DNA from: an uncultured delta proteobacterium | GTDB taxonomy: Bacteria > Desulfobacterota > Binatia > UBA9968 | Direction of reading: 5' to 3' | NCBI GenBank assembly: GCA_963804165.1 | Contig: CAWDPO010000012.1 | Location: 18,604-82,603, forward strand | Length of the DNA: 64,000 bases | Shown: one piece after another, positions 51,148 to 62,152 of the stretch | How positions within the stretch are numbered: the first letter of the stretch is position 1 | Layout: each line of letters begins with the position of its first letter | The notes under the pieces: model-generated | Seen by the model: the letters and a program-made list of their open reading frames with translations, nothing else | Told to the model about the DNA's origin: nothing | Databases searched by the model: none | Made by a program: the position numbers and the translations under genes

Positions 51148-52152
51148 ATGAAGAAAGTTGGTTGGTCATCAATCTTGGTTGCAACGCTAGTGCTTGTTTT
51201 TGGAGTCGCTGCCAACGCGCAGCAGCCGACGAAAATCCTGCGCGTGGGGATTCTCTTCATCGGCGGGCGCGATCAACCCCACCTTGAAGCATTCAAGCAA
51301 GGCCTTCGAGAGCGTGGATACACGGAAGGCAAAAACATCGTCCTGGATTACCGATATGCGGAGGGCAAGTTAGATCGCCTTCCTTCGCTTGCGGCTGAAT
51401 TGGTTCAGCTGAAAGTGGACGTCATTGTCACTACGTCAGGAAATAGCGCCAAGGCGGCTTCAGAAGCCACAAAGACGATACCGATTGTGCTAACAACGGG
51501 AGCAGATCCGGTGAAATCAGGTCTGGCTGAGAGCTTGGCGAAACCCGGGGGCAATGTTACGGGACTCAGTATTATCGAGGAAGATTTAAGCGGTAAACGG
51601 GTGGACATTCTGAAAGAGACTTTTCCGAAAATGACACGCATGGCGTATCTTTGGCACCCCCTTGCCGTATCTTATCCCGCGGCGGATACGACGAGCGGAA
51701 ATCCATCTTATGACCAGGTAGAAAAAGCGACGAAAACTGCTGGCGTACAGCTTCTTTCGTACAAGGTTCGGACTTTGGCCGAAATCGAGAGGGCGTTTGC
51801 CGATATGCCAAAGGTTCGGCCGGACGTCCTACTAGTATTACAAAGTCCGCTGATGACTCTTAACTCAAAAAAGATCGTTGAGCTGGCGCTTAAGCAGCGC
51901 CTCCCGGGCATGTACCCAACGCTCCAATTCGCCGAGGAAGGTGGATTGATGGCTTACGGTCCTCTGATTGGCGACCTCTATCGCCGCGCCGCGACTTACG
52001 TGGACAAAATCTTAAAAGGTGCCAAGCCCGCCGATCTGCCGGTGGAACAGCCGATGAAGTTTGAACTGGTGATTAATCTCAAGACGGCGAAAAAGATCGG
52101 TCTTACGATTCCGCAGAGAGTGCTGGGGCGAGCGGATAAGGTGATCAAGTAG
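51148..52152 (+). CDS. orphan ABC transporter substrate-binding protein (ABC_sub_bind type)
   Basis: Same family motifs as 43403-44386, clearly diverged paralog. Confidence 0.93.
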   Translation: MKKVGWSSILVATLVLVFGVAANAQQPTKILRVGILFIGGRDQPHLEAFKQGLRERGYTEGKNIVLDYRYAEGKLDRLPSLAAELVQLKVDVIVTTSGNSAKAASEATKTIPIVLTTGADPVKSGLAESLAKPGGNVTGLSIIEEDLSGKRVDILKETFPKMTRMAYLWHPLAVSYPAADTTSGNPSYDQVEKATKTAGVQLLSYKVRTLAEIERAFADMPKVRPDVLLVLQSPLMTLNSKKIVELALKQRLPGMYPTLQFAEEGGLMAYGPLIGDLYRRAATYVDKILKGAKPADLPVEQPMKFELVINLKTAKKIGLTIPQRVLGRADKVIK

Positions 52153-52175
52153 TCGAAGAAAACGAAGTGACGAGG

Positions 52176-52251
52176 CTAGGATCGAATTGAATTCTCCGTC
52201 AAACCGATCTGCGGCAGCATCGAATTGAAGCGTCGTTCAGTTCAATCTTAG
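52176..52251 (+). repeat. GATTGAAC hairpin site H (complete)
   Basis: CTAGGATCGAATTGAATTCTCCGTCA...TGAAGCGTCGTTCAGTTCAATCTTAG. Confidence 0.9.
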
Positions 52252-52568
52252 GCTGAATCTAGTCGAATGCTTTCCATCGTAAATCTGACTTTCTCTACCT
52301 GTGCTCTACGATCCGGGTGATCCGGCAAAGATAGCGGAGTTCAACGAGGCACAGGTCGCAGCTTGGTAATCATGGCTTTCTAGTTGGTCAAGATCTGAAG
52401 GCCTAGAAGTGGCAACATGTTGAACGTTGCCGGTCTCCGTGAAACCTTCCGACATACCGTATCCGCAAGCTCGCCACATTTGACAGCTTAATATAGGCGG
52501 GGTTATACCTGCGCCATTCACCGCAACAGAGACTCGCCGCGACTTTTACGTGAGCCAAGGAGATCCAA

Positions 52569-53087
52569 ATGCCTTACGCCGACTCTTTGAGAGCAATCGG
52601 TCAGTCCCTGGAAATGGTGCATGTTGAGAGCTTTAGGCTGGAAAAAGAAGGCGATTCTTATGTAGTGCGGAGCGAGTCTCTAACACCGGCCCGGCTATGG
52701 ATCTTGAGCAATAGTCTCGCCGAGGACGTTAGGGACTCTCCACCCCCTGACCCGAAAACCACCCAGCTCACTGTGGGTGAGGGATGGTTCTGTTACCGTC
52801 CTCCTGATATTGCAAGGCTTGACGCCCAGGAACGGAGAAAAAGACAAAATCACGGTGTCACACAAATGCCTCAGAAGACGCTAGCTCAGCTTTTACGTAC
52901 TCTAGGTGAGTACCTGGATACAAAGGAGGCGACCACTTTTCACATCTCGTGTGCTCCTGATTCGATGTCGGTTGATTATCAAATGCCGGCCGGCATCTCT
53001 GAGCGCAAAGATTTTACCGTCGAGCGACTCCACAAACTCGCTTTGTACTCGAGATTCCGGCGGGTGCAGCCAACCGATTCTCACTGA
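52569..53087 (+). CDS. hypothetical protein with an internal repeat (LRAIGQSLE / LRTLGEYLD)
   Basis: AAGGAG RBS; intact version of 40001-40518; paralog at 60677-61126. Confidence 0.8.
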   Translation: MPYADSLRAIGQSLEMVHVESFRLEKEGDSYVVRSESLTPARLWILSNSLAEDVRDSPPPDPKTTQLTVGEGWFCYRPPDIARLDAQERRKRQNHGVTQMPQKTLAQLLRTLGEYLDTKEATTFHISCAPDSMSVDYQMPAGISERKDFTVERLHKLALYSRFRRVQPTDSH

Positions 53088-53160
53088 AGAAATTTGTGTC
53101 CGCGAAGAAACTCAAACTTAGCGCGTAATCGGTCGCGTGTAAGCGTGCGGCCTAACGCTG

Positions 53161-53229
53161 AAATCGAACTGAATTCTCCTACAACCAAATCCTGTGAGAT
53201 TTGACCGTCGCGTCGTTCAGTTCAATCCT
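53161..53229 (+). repeat. GATTGAAC hairpin site I (complete)
   Basis: AAATCGAACTGAATTCTCCTAC...GTCGCGTCGTTCAGTTCAATCCT. Confidence 0.88.
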
Positions 53230-53563
53230 GATAACCTTGTCTCCGTTCCACCAACCGTCTCCATGGCATCATTTTGACCCAAAATTTCCATTCGGGCCCC
53301 TGCTCATCCGCGTATTGGACTAAGGTCCAATAGAATAACTTTCAGTTCGTGATTAGGAATCTAGGAAGCAAGAAGGAGGGCACTTATGAAACCAATAAAA
53401 CAATTCACATTGTTGATCGCGCTGCTCGCCGCCAGCTTGGCGCTGCCGGCATTCGCACAAACACCCAAGTCTCTCTGCCCTCTGAGTAGTGATCCGGCGA
53501 GCAAACTCTTGCTGGCAACCTTTGTCTGTCCACAATCTGAGTAGCCATAAGAAAGGAACTGTA

Positions 53564-54891
53564 ATGCTTTGCTCTGTCCTGACACGTACCCGGATGTTCT
53601 CTCTTGCCCTTGCGTTGCTTGGCCTCACTGTAGCAACGCCTGGCTCTGCCCGTGATTTCGAAGTGTGGTTGGTCGATCAGTCAGACTCGTTTGGCAAAAC
53701 GTACGGTGGAACGATCTACATCTACGAAGGGTCCGATCTTAACGGTGCGAACGCCTCCTCAGCCACGCCGACGGATGTGCTCGATCTCGGTGGCTGCCAC
53801 GGCTGCACCTCTGTCTTGCTCAGACCGGCGCCAACCCAGTCCGAGCGCACATGTTGTCTTTTAATGCCACCCATAGCCACGCCATCTTGACATTCGTAGC
53901 AAGCGGACACGTCGTCGTCTTTGAGGCGGCGACGCGCACGCCGGTCGCATGTGTCAGAACCTCAGTCGGCGCCGGAGGACAGCGCCAGGCGCACGCCGCC
54001 CAGCCCACACCTGACGATTCGTACATTCTCGTGGCAAACCAGAATGGCAAACGCCTGGACCGTATCACCACAGATTACGCCACCAACACGTTCGTGCTCG
54101 ACGCCACGCTGGACCTCGCCAACGGGGTGACGCCGAATGGCGTCCTCAGGGAGTTCGCGGGGCGGCCCGACAACGCCCCCATCCTGGTCGTGCCGGACGC
54201 CACCAGTACCCTGGCCTTCGTCACGCTGCGCGGCGGTGGTTTATTCGTGGTCGACCCGAACACCACGCCGATGGAAATCCTGGCGGAGTACGATAGGACG
54301 ACGGTCCACGCCAATGGCTTCGGAGGCATCCAAGCGAACGGCCGCATGTACATCAACTCCGGAGCGGGTGGTGCTAGCACGAATCCGTCGCAATTCGATG
54401 TCTATCGCTTTCCGCTTTCAGGATATGCTGCCTCGAATCCACCCAACACCCCAGCCCCAGTGCGTGGTGTTCTCCGATGACACCGTGCCCCCAGCGCACG
54501 AACGGGACGCCCACGGCCTGGTGGCGACCAATCAAAATCGTTATATCTGGGTGTTAGATCGTGCACTGGAGTGTTGCGGAAGTGTTCGATACCTCTTCCG
54601 ACGCGCATGTGAATACGATCGCTCTCGACCACCCGTCGAGTGACCACCCCACACCAGATCTCGCGGATATTTCTCCTTCCGGTAATCGGATCTTTGTGTC
54701 TCTCAGGGGGCCCAATCCCCTGAGTGGGAGCCCACATGCTGCGACTGGCAGCGCGCCAGGACTGGGCGTTATTCAGGTCACCAGGGAGGCAAAGGCGGAG
54801 ATGCTCAAAAGTGTGGTTCGAGATTAGCAACATCGACACCGCAGGAGTGGAACGAGCCGATACTCACGGTATTCGTGTGCGGCTGAGATAA
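53564..54891 (+). pseudogene. secreted beta-propeller-like protein, split by several frameshifts
   Basis: Consecutive frames join into one protein (EVWLVDQS...HML.FN...AHAA.PTPD..YILVANQNG...AFVTLRGGGLFVV...DAHG...PDLADISPSGNRIFVSLRGP...ERADTHGIRVR*). Confidence 0.75.
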
Positions 54892-55051
54892 AACTGTCTG
54901 TTGTACTTTGTGTTGTGGACCTGGGTAGCCACTCCAGCCTCGCTCTAGCACAGGACAAATGCAGGTTGAGCGGTGAGGAATAAGACGGTTGCCCCAGTCC
55001 TGAGGACGTCCCACGCGGAACAATGGCATGCAGGCGACGGCGTTAGCCTTC

Positions 55052-55074
55052 AGATTGAATTGAATTCTCCATCA
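55052..55074 (+). repeat. GATTGAAC site J (left arm only)
   Basis: AGATTGAATTGAATTCTCCATCA. Confidence 0.8.
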
Positions 55075-55543
55075 ATCCATTCACAACGTTACTCTTCATG
55101 CCCTCCGCTCTGCTCAGTACCTGTTGCGCCATAGGCGGAAACGGAACCAAATATCGGCCGCCCGCCGTGGGCTCCGAGTCATTGTCCGCCGAAGTTTAAT
55201 TGAGCCCATTCGAACCAGATGGAAGCATAACGTTGGCCAGAATAAATTTCCGACAGCATAACCTTGCCTAGCGTACTGCTTAAATACGATTTCGGACTCG
55301 ACGGGGTCCTTACACATTTGATCAGTTCCGTAAGACGAAATGATTTCGAACAGTTCTAAAGTTTGGTGCGAAGTGCCAAGATTATGGATAAAGTTATATT
55401 CCGTTAAACTTGAACCATAGTTTTGCCTAAATGGCGGTATTGGTGCTTCAAACGTTTCTACTCGCTCTCGTTTAAAAACGTCTTCTGTCTATGCTTCCCC
55501 GCACGATCACGTGATACAGAACTCCGGAAGCCAACCAAACGCC

Positions 55544-55925
55544 CGAGACTTTTTACTGAGTAAGGCTCATTTCGATGTTTCGAGAATTCCCGAAACGTGG
55601 AACTTCCCGTCCGAGTCTGTCCTTGAACCATTTGCACTTTGAACCTTGAACCGGCGTAAGCCTTTGAACGGAACGTATCCTTCGATTAACTCAGGACGAG
55701 CGGAAGATCGAGCCGGTCATGGTGAGCCTCGTCGAAAGCCGCTCATGGTGAGCCTAGCCTGTCCTGAGGCTGCTCGAAGGATCGAACCATTGAACGACTG
55801 GAACGAATGGAACGGGCCGCAGTAATGGATAGCGGTTAAACGACTGAACGCCTTGGATGGTTCCGAGCTACGTTGAACTTTGAACCTTGAACTTTGAACG
55901 AGTTCTTTTTGCCTGTTGCCTGTTG
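55544..55925 (+). repeat. repeat mosaic (palindrome, TTGAAC arrays, GTCATGGTGAGCC palindromes)
   Basis: Shares blocks with the mosaics at 4811, 14635, 19920 and 28101. Confidence 0.88.
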
Positions 55926-55953
55926 CCTCACGCCGATCATCTCCTTACGCATG

Positions 55954-56944
55954 TTAAGATCGAATCTTGTATTTGCGCTCGAGTTCCTCCACGTAACCAC
56001 TCTCGACTACCTTTTTGAGGACGCGCTGATCCAGAAGATCCTCAACATTGTATTTCGCAATCTTGGGATCACGCAGAGCGACGATTTCCTGTACAGTTCT
56101 TAAGCCCTTTACGCTAGTAAACGTATAAGCCGTCAGATCCGCCAGAAGATTTTTGTATCCTATCTCTGCGAGCGCCCTGTCCGTTTTGATATGTCTCTGC
56201 AGAACGGCAAGGCCCCTTTCTTTTTGAGCGCGCATGATCGTACTGGCCTCGATCAGCGCCTTGATAAACTTCTCTACGACCTGCGGATTTTTTTCGATAA
56301 ACGACTCCGCACCTATGAAAGGGCTTGAAGGAAAAGCGATCCGGCTTAAATCCAAAAGAACTTTGACTCCCAGGCCCTGAAGCCTGACAGACTGCAATTT
56401 ATCCAGCGGGGCCGCGTCGATGATTCCCGTTGCCAGCGACTGGGCGATCACGGTGCTGTCGCCTATGGCCTGTATACTGATGTTGTCCTTTTGCGGGTCC
56501 AGCCCCATTTCCCTGAGCGACAACATAGTGAGAGTCCAGAGAAGGCCGCTAAAATCCTGAACCCCGATCTTTTTGCCTTTCAAATCGGCAGGACGGGTAA
56601 TTGACGGGGACACGCAGAAAATCGTAGGAGGCCCTTTCGGCGAAAAGGGACAAGAGAATTTTTAGCTTCGCCCCTTGCGCCGCGGCCGTCAGCATACTGG
56701 AAACACTCCCTCTGACAAACTGCACCTCGTTAGAGACGAGAGCCGTAACTTGCAGTGGAGCGCTACGCACCGCTACGAGATCCGCCTCTAATCCGTGCTT
56801 GGTAAAAATCCCTTCCTCTTTGGCGAGCCACACAGGAGTCCCTGCCGCAGACACACCGGAATAGGCAATTTTGATTTGCTCAGCGTTCACCTGCACGGCA
56901 AATGTTGTCAGGGCCAGGATCAGCCAGACCTTTTTGGCAAACAT
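55954..56944 (-). pseudogene. NMT1/SsuA-type ABC substrate-binding protein with one frameshift near 56615
   Basis: Signal peptide, PVWLAKEEGIF.KHGL, then SPSITRPADLKGKKIG in another frame; may be a sequencing indel. Confidence 0.85.
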
Positions 56945-57404
56945 AGCGAACCTCCTCGCTCGGATTATTGAGGCAAATTATTCAGCAACCACGCTATTTC
57001 GCGTCAATGCAGCCTGTCAAGCCAAACTTGCGGCCGAAAAAGCGGACCAGAGTTTAGTGGATCCAGAAAGCGCGAGGAAATTAAACAGCCGCGATCGAGA
57101 TAGGCCGCTCAAGTCAGTCACGACGCCGCGGAATCCTTCGAACCGCTAGTCGAGCGTTTCCTGGTGAACGGAAAAAGCAGCGCTAATTCAAGGCCGGCTC
57201 AAGAGTGTGTAGAGAAGTGAAATTCTGACCACGTGATCTTCCCAATCCTCAATAACAGCAGCGAACAAAAGTTTCAAGATTGGTTAGATTAGGATTAGAA
57301 ACCCCGCGCCCTGCCCTTTTCCCGTGCGTCGCAGATCAATCAGGCAAACTACGGACCTGTTGCAGGACAGGGCATGCGTCAGAATCGGATAAGGAGGTAA
57401 AGCT

Positions 57405-57442
57405 ATGACCGTTGTTCTCGATCACACCATCGTGCCGGCGAA
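57405..57442 (+). pseudogene. 5' stub of a VOC-family gene
   Basis: TAAGGAGGT RBS then MTVVLDHTIVPA and early termination. Confidence 0.55.
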
Positions 57443-57604
57443 CCTAAGCACCTGTTTCCACGCGACTAACCGACCGCTCTCCTTGTCGCTTCTCGACCGG
57501 AGCGGTCGCCTTTAGGGCGCTCTACCGCAGCCGATGTCGAATTCCGCCCTTCTCGTTCGACTTAAGGGTAGTACACTTACTAGTTCTAAAGGAGACAAAA
57601 TAAA

Positions 57605-58180
57605 ATGAGAAAATTAAAATTACAAATGCAAATGTCCTTAGACGGATATGTTGCACGACCAAATGGAGAACTGGACTGGATGACTTGGAACCAGGACGAC
57701 AAACTTATACAGTTTATCAATTCCCTAATCGACTCGTCAGACACCATTTTGCTTGGCCGAAAAATGACGGACGGATTTGTGAGTCATTGGGAGAATGTTG
57801 TAAACAACAAACCTGACAGCCCTGACTTTTCATTAGCAAAAAAAATGGTTGACACTCCAAAAGTTGTTTTCACCAAAACACTTGACAAATCAACTTGGAA
57901 CAACACCACTTTGGCAAAAGGAAATCTTGCAGAAGAAATTGCCAACTTAAAAAAACAAACCGGTAAAGACATTATTGTTTACGGCGGTGCAGGTTTTGTT
58001 TCATCACTAATAAAAGAAGGGCTTATTGACGAGTATCATCTTTTTGTAAATCCAACAGCTATTGGTAACGGTATGACTATTTTTAAATCACTTGACAGAA
58101 CGCAGAAATTTTCAGTTATACAATCAAGGTTCTATTCTTGTGGCATAACTGTTTTAAGTTACAAACCAAAAAATGATTGA
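57605..58180 (+). CDS. dihydrofolate reductase family (RibD C-terminal) protein
   Basis: MSLDGYVA.PNGELDW, ILLGRK, PKVVF.KTL, LKKQ.GKDI.VYGG, GLIDEY.LFVNP..IG.G; visibly AT-rich. Confidence 0.92.
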   Translation: MRKLKLQMQMSLDGYVARPNGELDWMTWNQDDKLIQFINSLIDSSDTILLGRKMTDGFVSHWENVVNNKPDSPDFSLAKKMVDTPKVVFTKTLDKSTWNNTTLAKGNLAEEIANLKKQTGKDIIVYGGAGFVSSLIKEGLIDEYHLFVNPTAIGNGMTIFKSLDRTQKFSVIQSRFYSCGITVLSYKPKND

Positions 58181-58297
58181 GTTGACACACGAGGACGCAT
58201 AAGAGCGCTCTTGGTTAACCGCAGCTCCAGGTAGAATCGGCACGGTGGCGGTGACCCCCATTTATCAAAGCCTCGGGACCAAGGAAGAGAAACGGGC

Positions 58298-58696
58298 ATG
58301 AAGAAGAGCGGGTCGCAGAAAAGCAAGTCTCCTTCTCAGCTGATAGACGCGAGAATCAAGGAGCTAGGCGACTGGCGGGGCGAGATGCTCAGCCGGCTCC
58401 GTACCTTAGTCAAGGAAGCCGATCCCGAAGTCGTCGAGGAGTGGAAGTGGAGAGGGGTTCCGGTGTGGTCGCACGACGGATTGATCTGCACAGGCGAGAC
58501 TTACAAGAACGTCGTGAAGATGACCTTCGCCAAAGGGGCGGCTCTGAAGGATCCTTCGGGCCTCTTCAACTCCAGTCTTGACGGGAACACAAGGCGTGCC
58601 ATCGACTTCCACGAGGGCGAGAAGATAGACGAGGAGGCGTTGAAGACTCTCGTTCGCGCCGCCGTGACCCTGAACAAGTCCACAGCCCAAAGCTAA
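58298..58696 (+). CDS. DUF1801 (YdhG-like) protein
   Basis: LGDWRGE.L.RLR, EEWKWRGVPVW...G.ICTGETYK..VK.TFAKGA.L.DP.GLFNSSL.GN.RRAID. Confidence 0.92.
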   Translation: MKKSGSQKSKSPSQLIDARIKELGDWRGEMLSRLRTLVKEADPEVVEEWKWRGVPVWSHDGLICTGETYKNVVKMTFAKGAALKDPSGLFNSSLDGNTRRAIDFHEGEKIDEEALKTLVRAAVTLNKSTAQS

Positions 58697-59033
58697 TCCA
58701 CAGAATGGGGATAGGCCGGATGGCCCGCCTTTCGACGCCTAACAACGCGTTCCACTCGGGCATTAGGCGCACCTACACTCGGCTCTCCGATGAATTTTTG
58801 GAGCACATACGAGGAGAGTGGAAAGGCGGTCGCCGAGGCGTCCGTGAGGCGGCGGATCATTTTGGCCCTGGTGGACTTACTCGAAAGTCAGCCTGCAGGT
58901 GTTATCGCGTAAGGGTTAGGTGGGGTTAAAGCTTTAAAGTGCAACGTTTGCCCCGGTTCAAGTTTGATGTGCAACTCGCGCCTAAGAAAGCCAGTGCAGG
59001 GGACGCCGCGCGGCGGCGAGAGGAGACTAAAAC

Positions 59034-59645
59034 ATGAAGGTTCTTATCGTCTATTATAGCACCTACGGCCATGTCTACCGTATGGCTACCCTTGTTGCCG
59101 AAGGTGTTAAAGAGATTCCGGGCGTCCAGCCAGTGATCCGGACAGTGCCCGAACTCATACCGAAATCCGTGATCGATTCTCACGCGGACATGAAGGCCGG
59201 AAGGGAGATGCAGCAGGACGTGCCTTTGGTCACCATGGATGATTTCCGCGAAGTGGGTGCCATTGCTTTCGGTACTCCGACTCGCTTCGGAAACGTCGCG
59301 GCACAACTCAAGAACCAGATCGACCAGCTGACGTCACTCTGGCTCAAGGGAGAACTGGAAGGCAAGCCGGCTGGTGTCTTCGTTGCCACCAGCAGCCTGC
59401 ACGGCGGACAGGAAACGACGATTCTGACGCTAATGGCGCCACTGCTCCACTTGGGGATGATTCTCGTCGGTGTCCCATATTCCACTCCGGAACTGTTCAC
59501 CACGCAGGGTGGCGGCTCACCCTATGGTCCGGGGCACGTCGCGGGAGATGATAACAAGCGCCAAATCGACGAACAGGAAGCGGCGATCTGCCGCGCTCTG
59601 GGTCGCCGTCTAGCAGTAATCGGTCTGAAGCAGCAACAAAGCTAA
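59034..59645 (+). CDS. wrbA: NAD(P)H:quinone oxidoreductase WrbA
   Basis: YYSTYGHV, FGTPTRFGN, LW.KG.L.GK, HGGQETT, GGSPYG. Confidence 0.93.
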   Translation: MKVLIVYYSTYGHVYRMATLVAEGVKEIPGVQPVIRTVPELIPKSVIDSHADMKAGREMQQDVPLVTMDDFREVGAIAFGTPTRFGNVAAQLKNQIDQLTSLWLKGELEGKPAGVFVATSSLHGGQETTILTLMAPLLHLGMILVGVPYSTPELFTTQGGGSPYGPGHVAGDDNKRQIDEQEAAICRALGRRLAVIGLKQQQS

Positions 59646-59726
59646 CGGACAAATACAAGTCGCTGCCTAACATGGCCGTAGAGCCGATGCGCCGGAGCCT
59701 GCGGTCATGGCCAGTGTTAAGTTTAT

Positions 59727-59794
59727 AATTGAATTGAATTCTCCTTCTGCTTAATCCCGTCAGATTTCATTGAAGCGTCGTACAGTTCCATCCT
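59727..59794 (+). repeat. GATTGAAC hairpin site K (complete)
   Basis: AATTGAATTGAATTCTCCTTC-TGCTTAATCCCGTCAGATTTCAT-TGAAGCGTCGTACAGTTCCATCCT; loop nearly the same as site C. Confidence 0.88.
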
Positions 59795-59973
59795 GTCTGT
59801 GCAGGTAGATTGGCAACCATTGATCAGTGGAGTGTGGTTGATTTGAAGGGTCGTGTTTGCCACGCTATTGAGAGGCTGGTTAAATTTTCTACGTCATAAT
59901 TCTCAGTAACTTTAATACACTGGTCCGGTGTCCCCGCCGATTTTTTCCAGCGAAATGTGAAAGGAGAACAACC

Positions 59974-60387
59974 ATGAACGAACAAGCAAACACGCGATTG
60001 GTGCAACAGGCGTATCAGAGTGTCGGAATGGGTGACTTTCAATCGTTCTTGAATGCGCTGGCCCAAGATGTTCAGTGGCAACTGCCCGAAATGGAAAACG
60101 TGCCGTTTGCCGGAACCTGGCGCGGACGGGAAGAAGTCGGACGGTTCTTCAGCACAACTGCCCAGGCGCAAGATGTCATCGAATTTGAGCCGGTGGACTT
60201 TATCGCGCAAGGCGACAAAGTGGTTGTTTTAGGCCGTTTCGCTTCGCGCGTCAAATCTACCGGCAGAGTTTCCGCCTCAGCGTGGGCGCACGTTTGGACC
60301 GTCAAGGATGGCAAAGTAACCCATTTTCGCGAATACGTAGACACCGCCGCCGTCAGCAAAGCACACACCGCCGCACCGGCCGGTTAA
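59974..60387 (+). CDS. NTF2/SnoaL-like family protein
   Basis: GD....L..LA.DV.W, PFAG..RGREEV..FF, AQGDKVVVLG, WAHVWTVKDGKV..FREYVDT. Confidence 0.92.
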   Translation: MNEQANTRLVQQAYQSVGMGDFQSFLNALAQDVQWQLPEMENVPFAGTWRGREEVGRFFSTTAQAQDVIEFEPVDFIAQGDKVVVLGRFASRVKSTGRVSASAWAHVWTVKDGKVTHFREYVDTAAVSKAHTAAPAG

Positions 60388-60676
60388 CCGGCTATGCGCG
60401 CAGGGCGTGCCTTCGCCCAACGGCCTCATGCATGCCACGCGCTACACGGCCGGGCGAAACATCAGATAGCGTTGACCGGAATTCCGGAAATTTACTATGC
60501 GGTGCTCGTGCTTAATTTTGTGGAGGAGTTAACTGTCATGCTCGACCATACTGGGATCCCAAATGGAAAAAGATCCAGATTCGATATTCGCCGAGATTCA
60601 TTGTCAGGTCAGTTAAGCCCGCGGGTGGGTCGTTCTGTGCACCATCCTAAAGCTTGGGCGCCGTTTCATCCGCTGG

Positions 60677-61126
60677 TCAAGAGAAGTGTCGTATGAAAGA
60701 AAAATTTGCTCTAGTAACGCGATCTTCCCTCTCTGGCTGTAATGAATCAAATTGCTGCAATTCCTTAGCAGTAAATACGCGATGCTCGATCTGTCCAGCG
60801 ACGGTCTCGTAATCCACCGAAACCGAACGAGGGGTCCAGGATAGATGAAACTTGCGTGTATCGGCGCTATTAAACTGATTGCCTAAACTGCGAAGCGCGC
60901 GGGAGAGTCCGTTTACGGTTGCCCTACGTGGCAAAGAATGATTTCTTTCTTGGCTTGCCCGCGCATCAAGCCGCGAGATGTGCGCCGGAGTGAAACGCAC
61001 GAGCCGATGAGTCAAATAATCGCTAAGCACAAGATAATTTTCGCCAGCATTTTCGATCTCAAACTTCCGAACTCGGGCGTCCGCAAGGGACTGACCGATC
61101 GCCCTCAATGCCATGGCGTGATTCAA
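60677..61126 (-). CDS. hypothetical protein, paralog of 52569-53087
   Basis: LRAIGQSL, F.P..I.RLDA, LR.LG, F.LSW....VSVDY. Confidence 0.7.
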   Translation of the reverse strand: MNHAMALRAIGQSLADARVRKFEIENAGENYLVLSDYLTHRLVRFTPAHISRLDARASQERNHSLPRRATVNGLSRALRSLGNQFNSADTRKFHLSWTPRSVSVDYETVAGQIEHRVFTAKELQQFDSLQPEREDRVTRANFSFIRHFS

Positions 61127-61742
61127 GTGGGCTCCCTCCCCTATTTTGGAAATCGATTGTGGACGGTTTGACGGTCATACGGGAGAGCAAGTTGTATGCC
61201 GCGTATTAATTACTGAAAATGCGTTATGCGATGCTTGGTCATGTAGAGTATTTCCAGCACTACTAATGTAGGTTGTCTGGTATCGCAGACAGTGCTGCAG
61301 AACTGAAAAAAAATTCTGTTGCCGCTCTTAGCGAACCATCGGCAACGCTGGCGCCTGCACGATACGCACTTTGGATTCTGCGCCATTTTTCACTTATAGC
61401 GTCGATCTCGCGCTGGTAGAAATGAGAAATCATGGACCGCCTTATTTTGGCTGTCGAAAAATCCTTGCGATCTCGTTACGTAGATCGGTCGGAAGACGCG
61501 TGGTCAGCTCGATCAGCCGTTTCACATCCTCCGTGTCGCAGAGGACCTCGACGATCCGCTCGATTTTGTCGGGGTTCTGGCGTAACACAGGCAGCCATCA
61601 GGATGTAATACTCGGCCGAGTCCCGGCTGCAGAGCCGGAGCAATTCGTCATATTGGTCCGCGGGCAGCTCGATCCGAACTCTCATGGAAAAAGTCCGGCG
61701 CGGGACGGCTCAGAACGAGCAGAACCGGGCCCTACTTCTTTG

Positions 61743-61947
61743 CTAGTGTGGCGTCTCAGAAGTTCGTTTAAAAAGTCCAAACGATGGCAGCCACTGAAGT
61801 TGAACTCAAATCCCCCTTTGTCCCCTTTTTCAAAGGGGGAATTTTCTCCGTGCGATTCTCACCCCTCTTTGCCAAAGAGGGGAAGGGGAGATTTTCCGAC
61901 GGAATGACGCGAGAATTATGTCGCGAACTTCTGAGACAAGACACTAG
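61743..61947. mobile_element. ~205-bp MITE, copy 3
   Basis: CTAG-bounded, near-identical to copies 1 and 2. Confidence 0.9.
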
Positions 61948-62152
61948 TTCGCCGTACGCTATCGCCGAAAGAGCCGGAGACCGACGATCACAGCCAAGCA
62001 AGCCACGGCAATCGAGAAGAACAGATTGAAGATGTTGTCGTGGTCCGACCCGGACTAACCTCTTCGCAGAACGGCGAAGAAGATTATGCTAGTTTTGGAT
62101 GATGATCGAACTACCTTCGATCGCATGCCGCCGAGCTTCAGCGACATCGACG

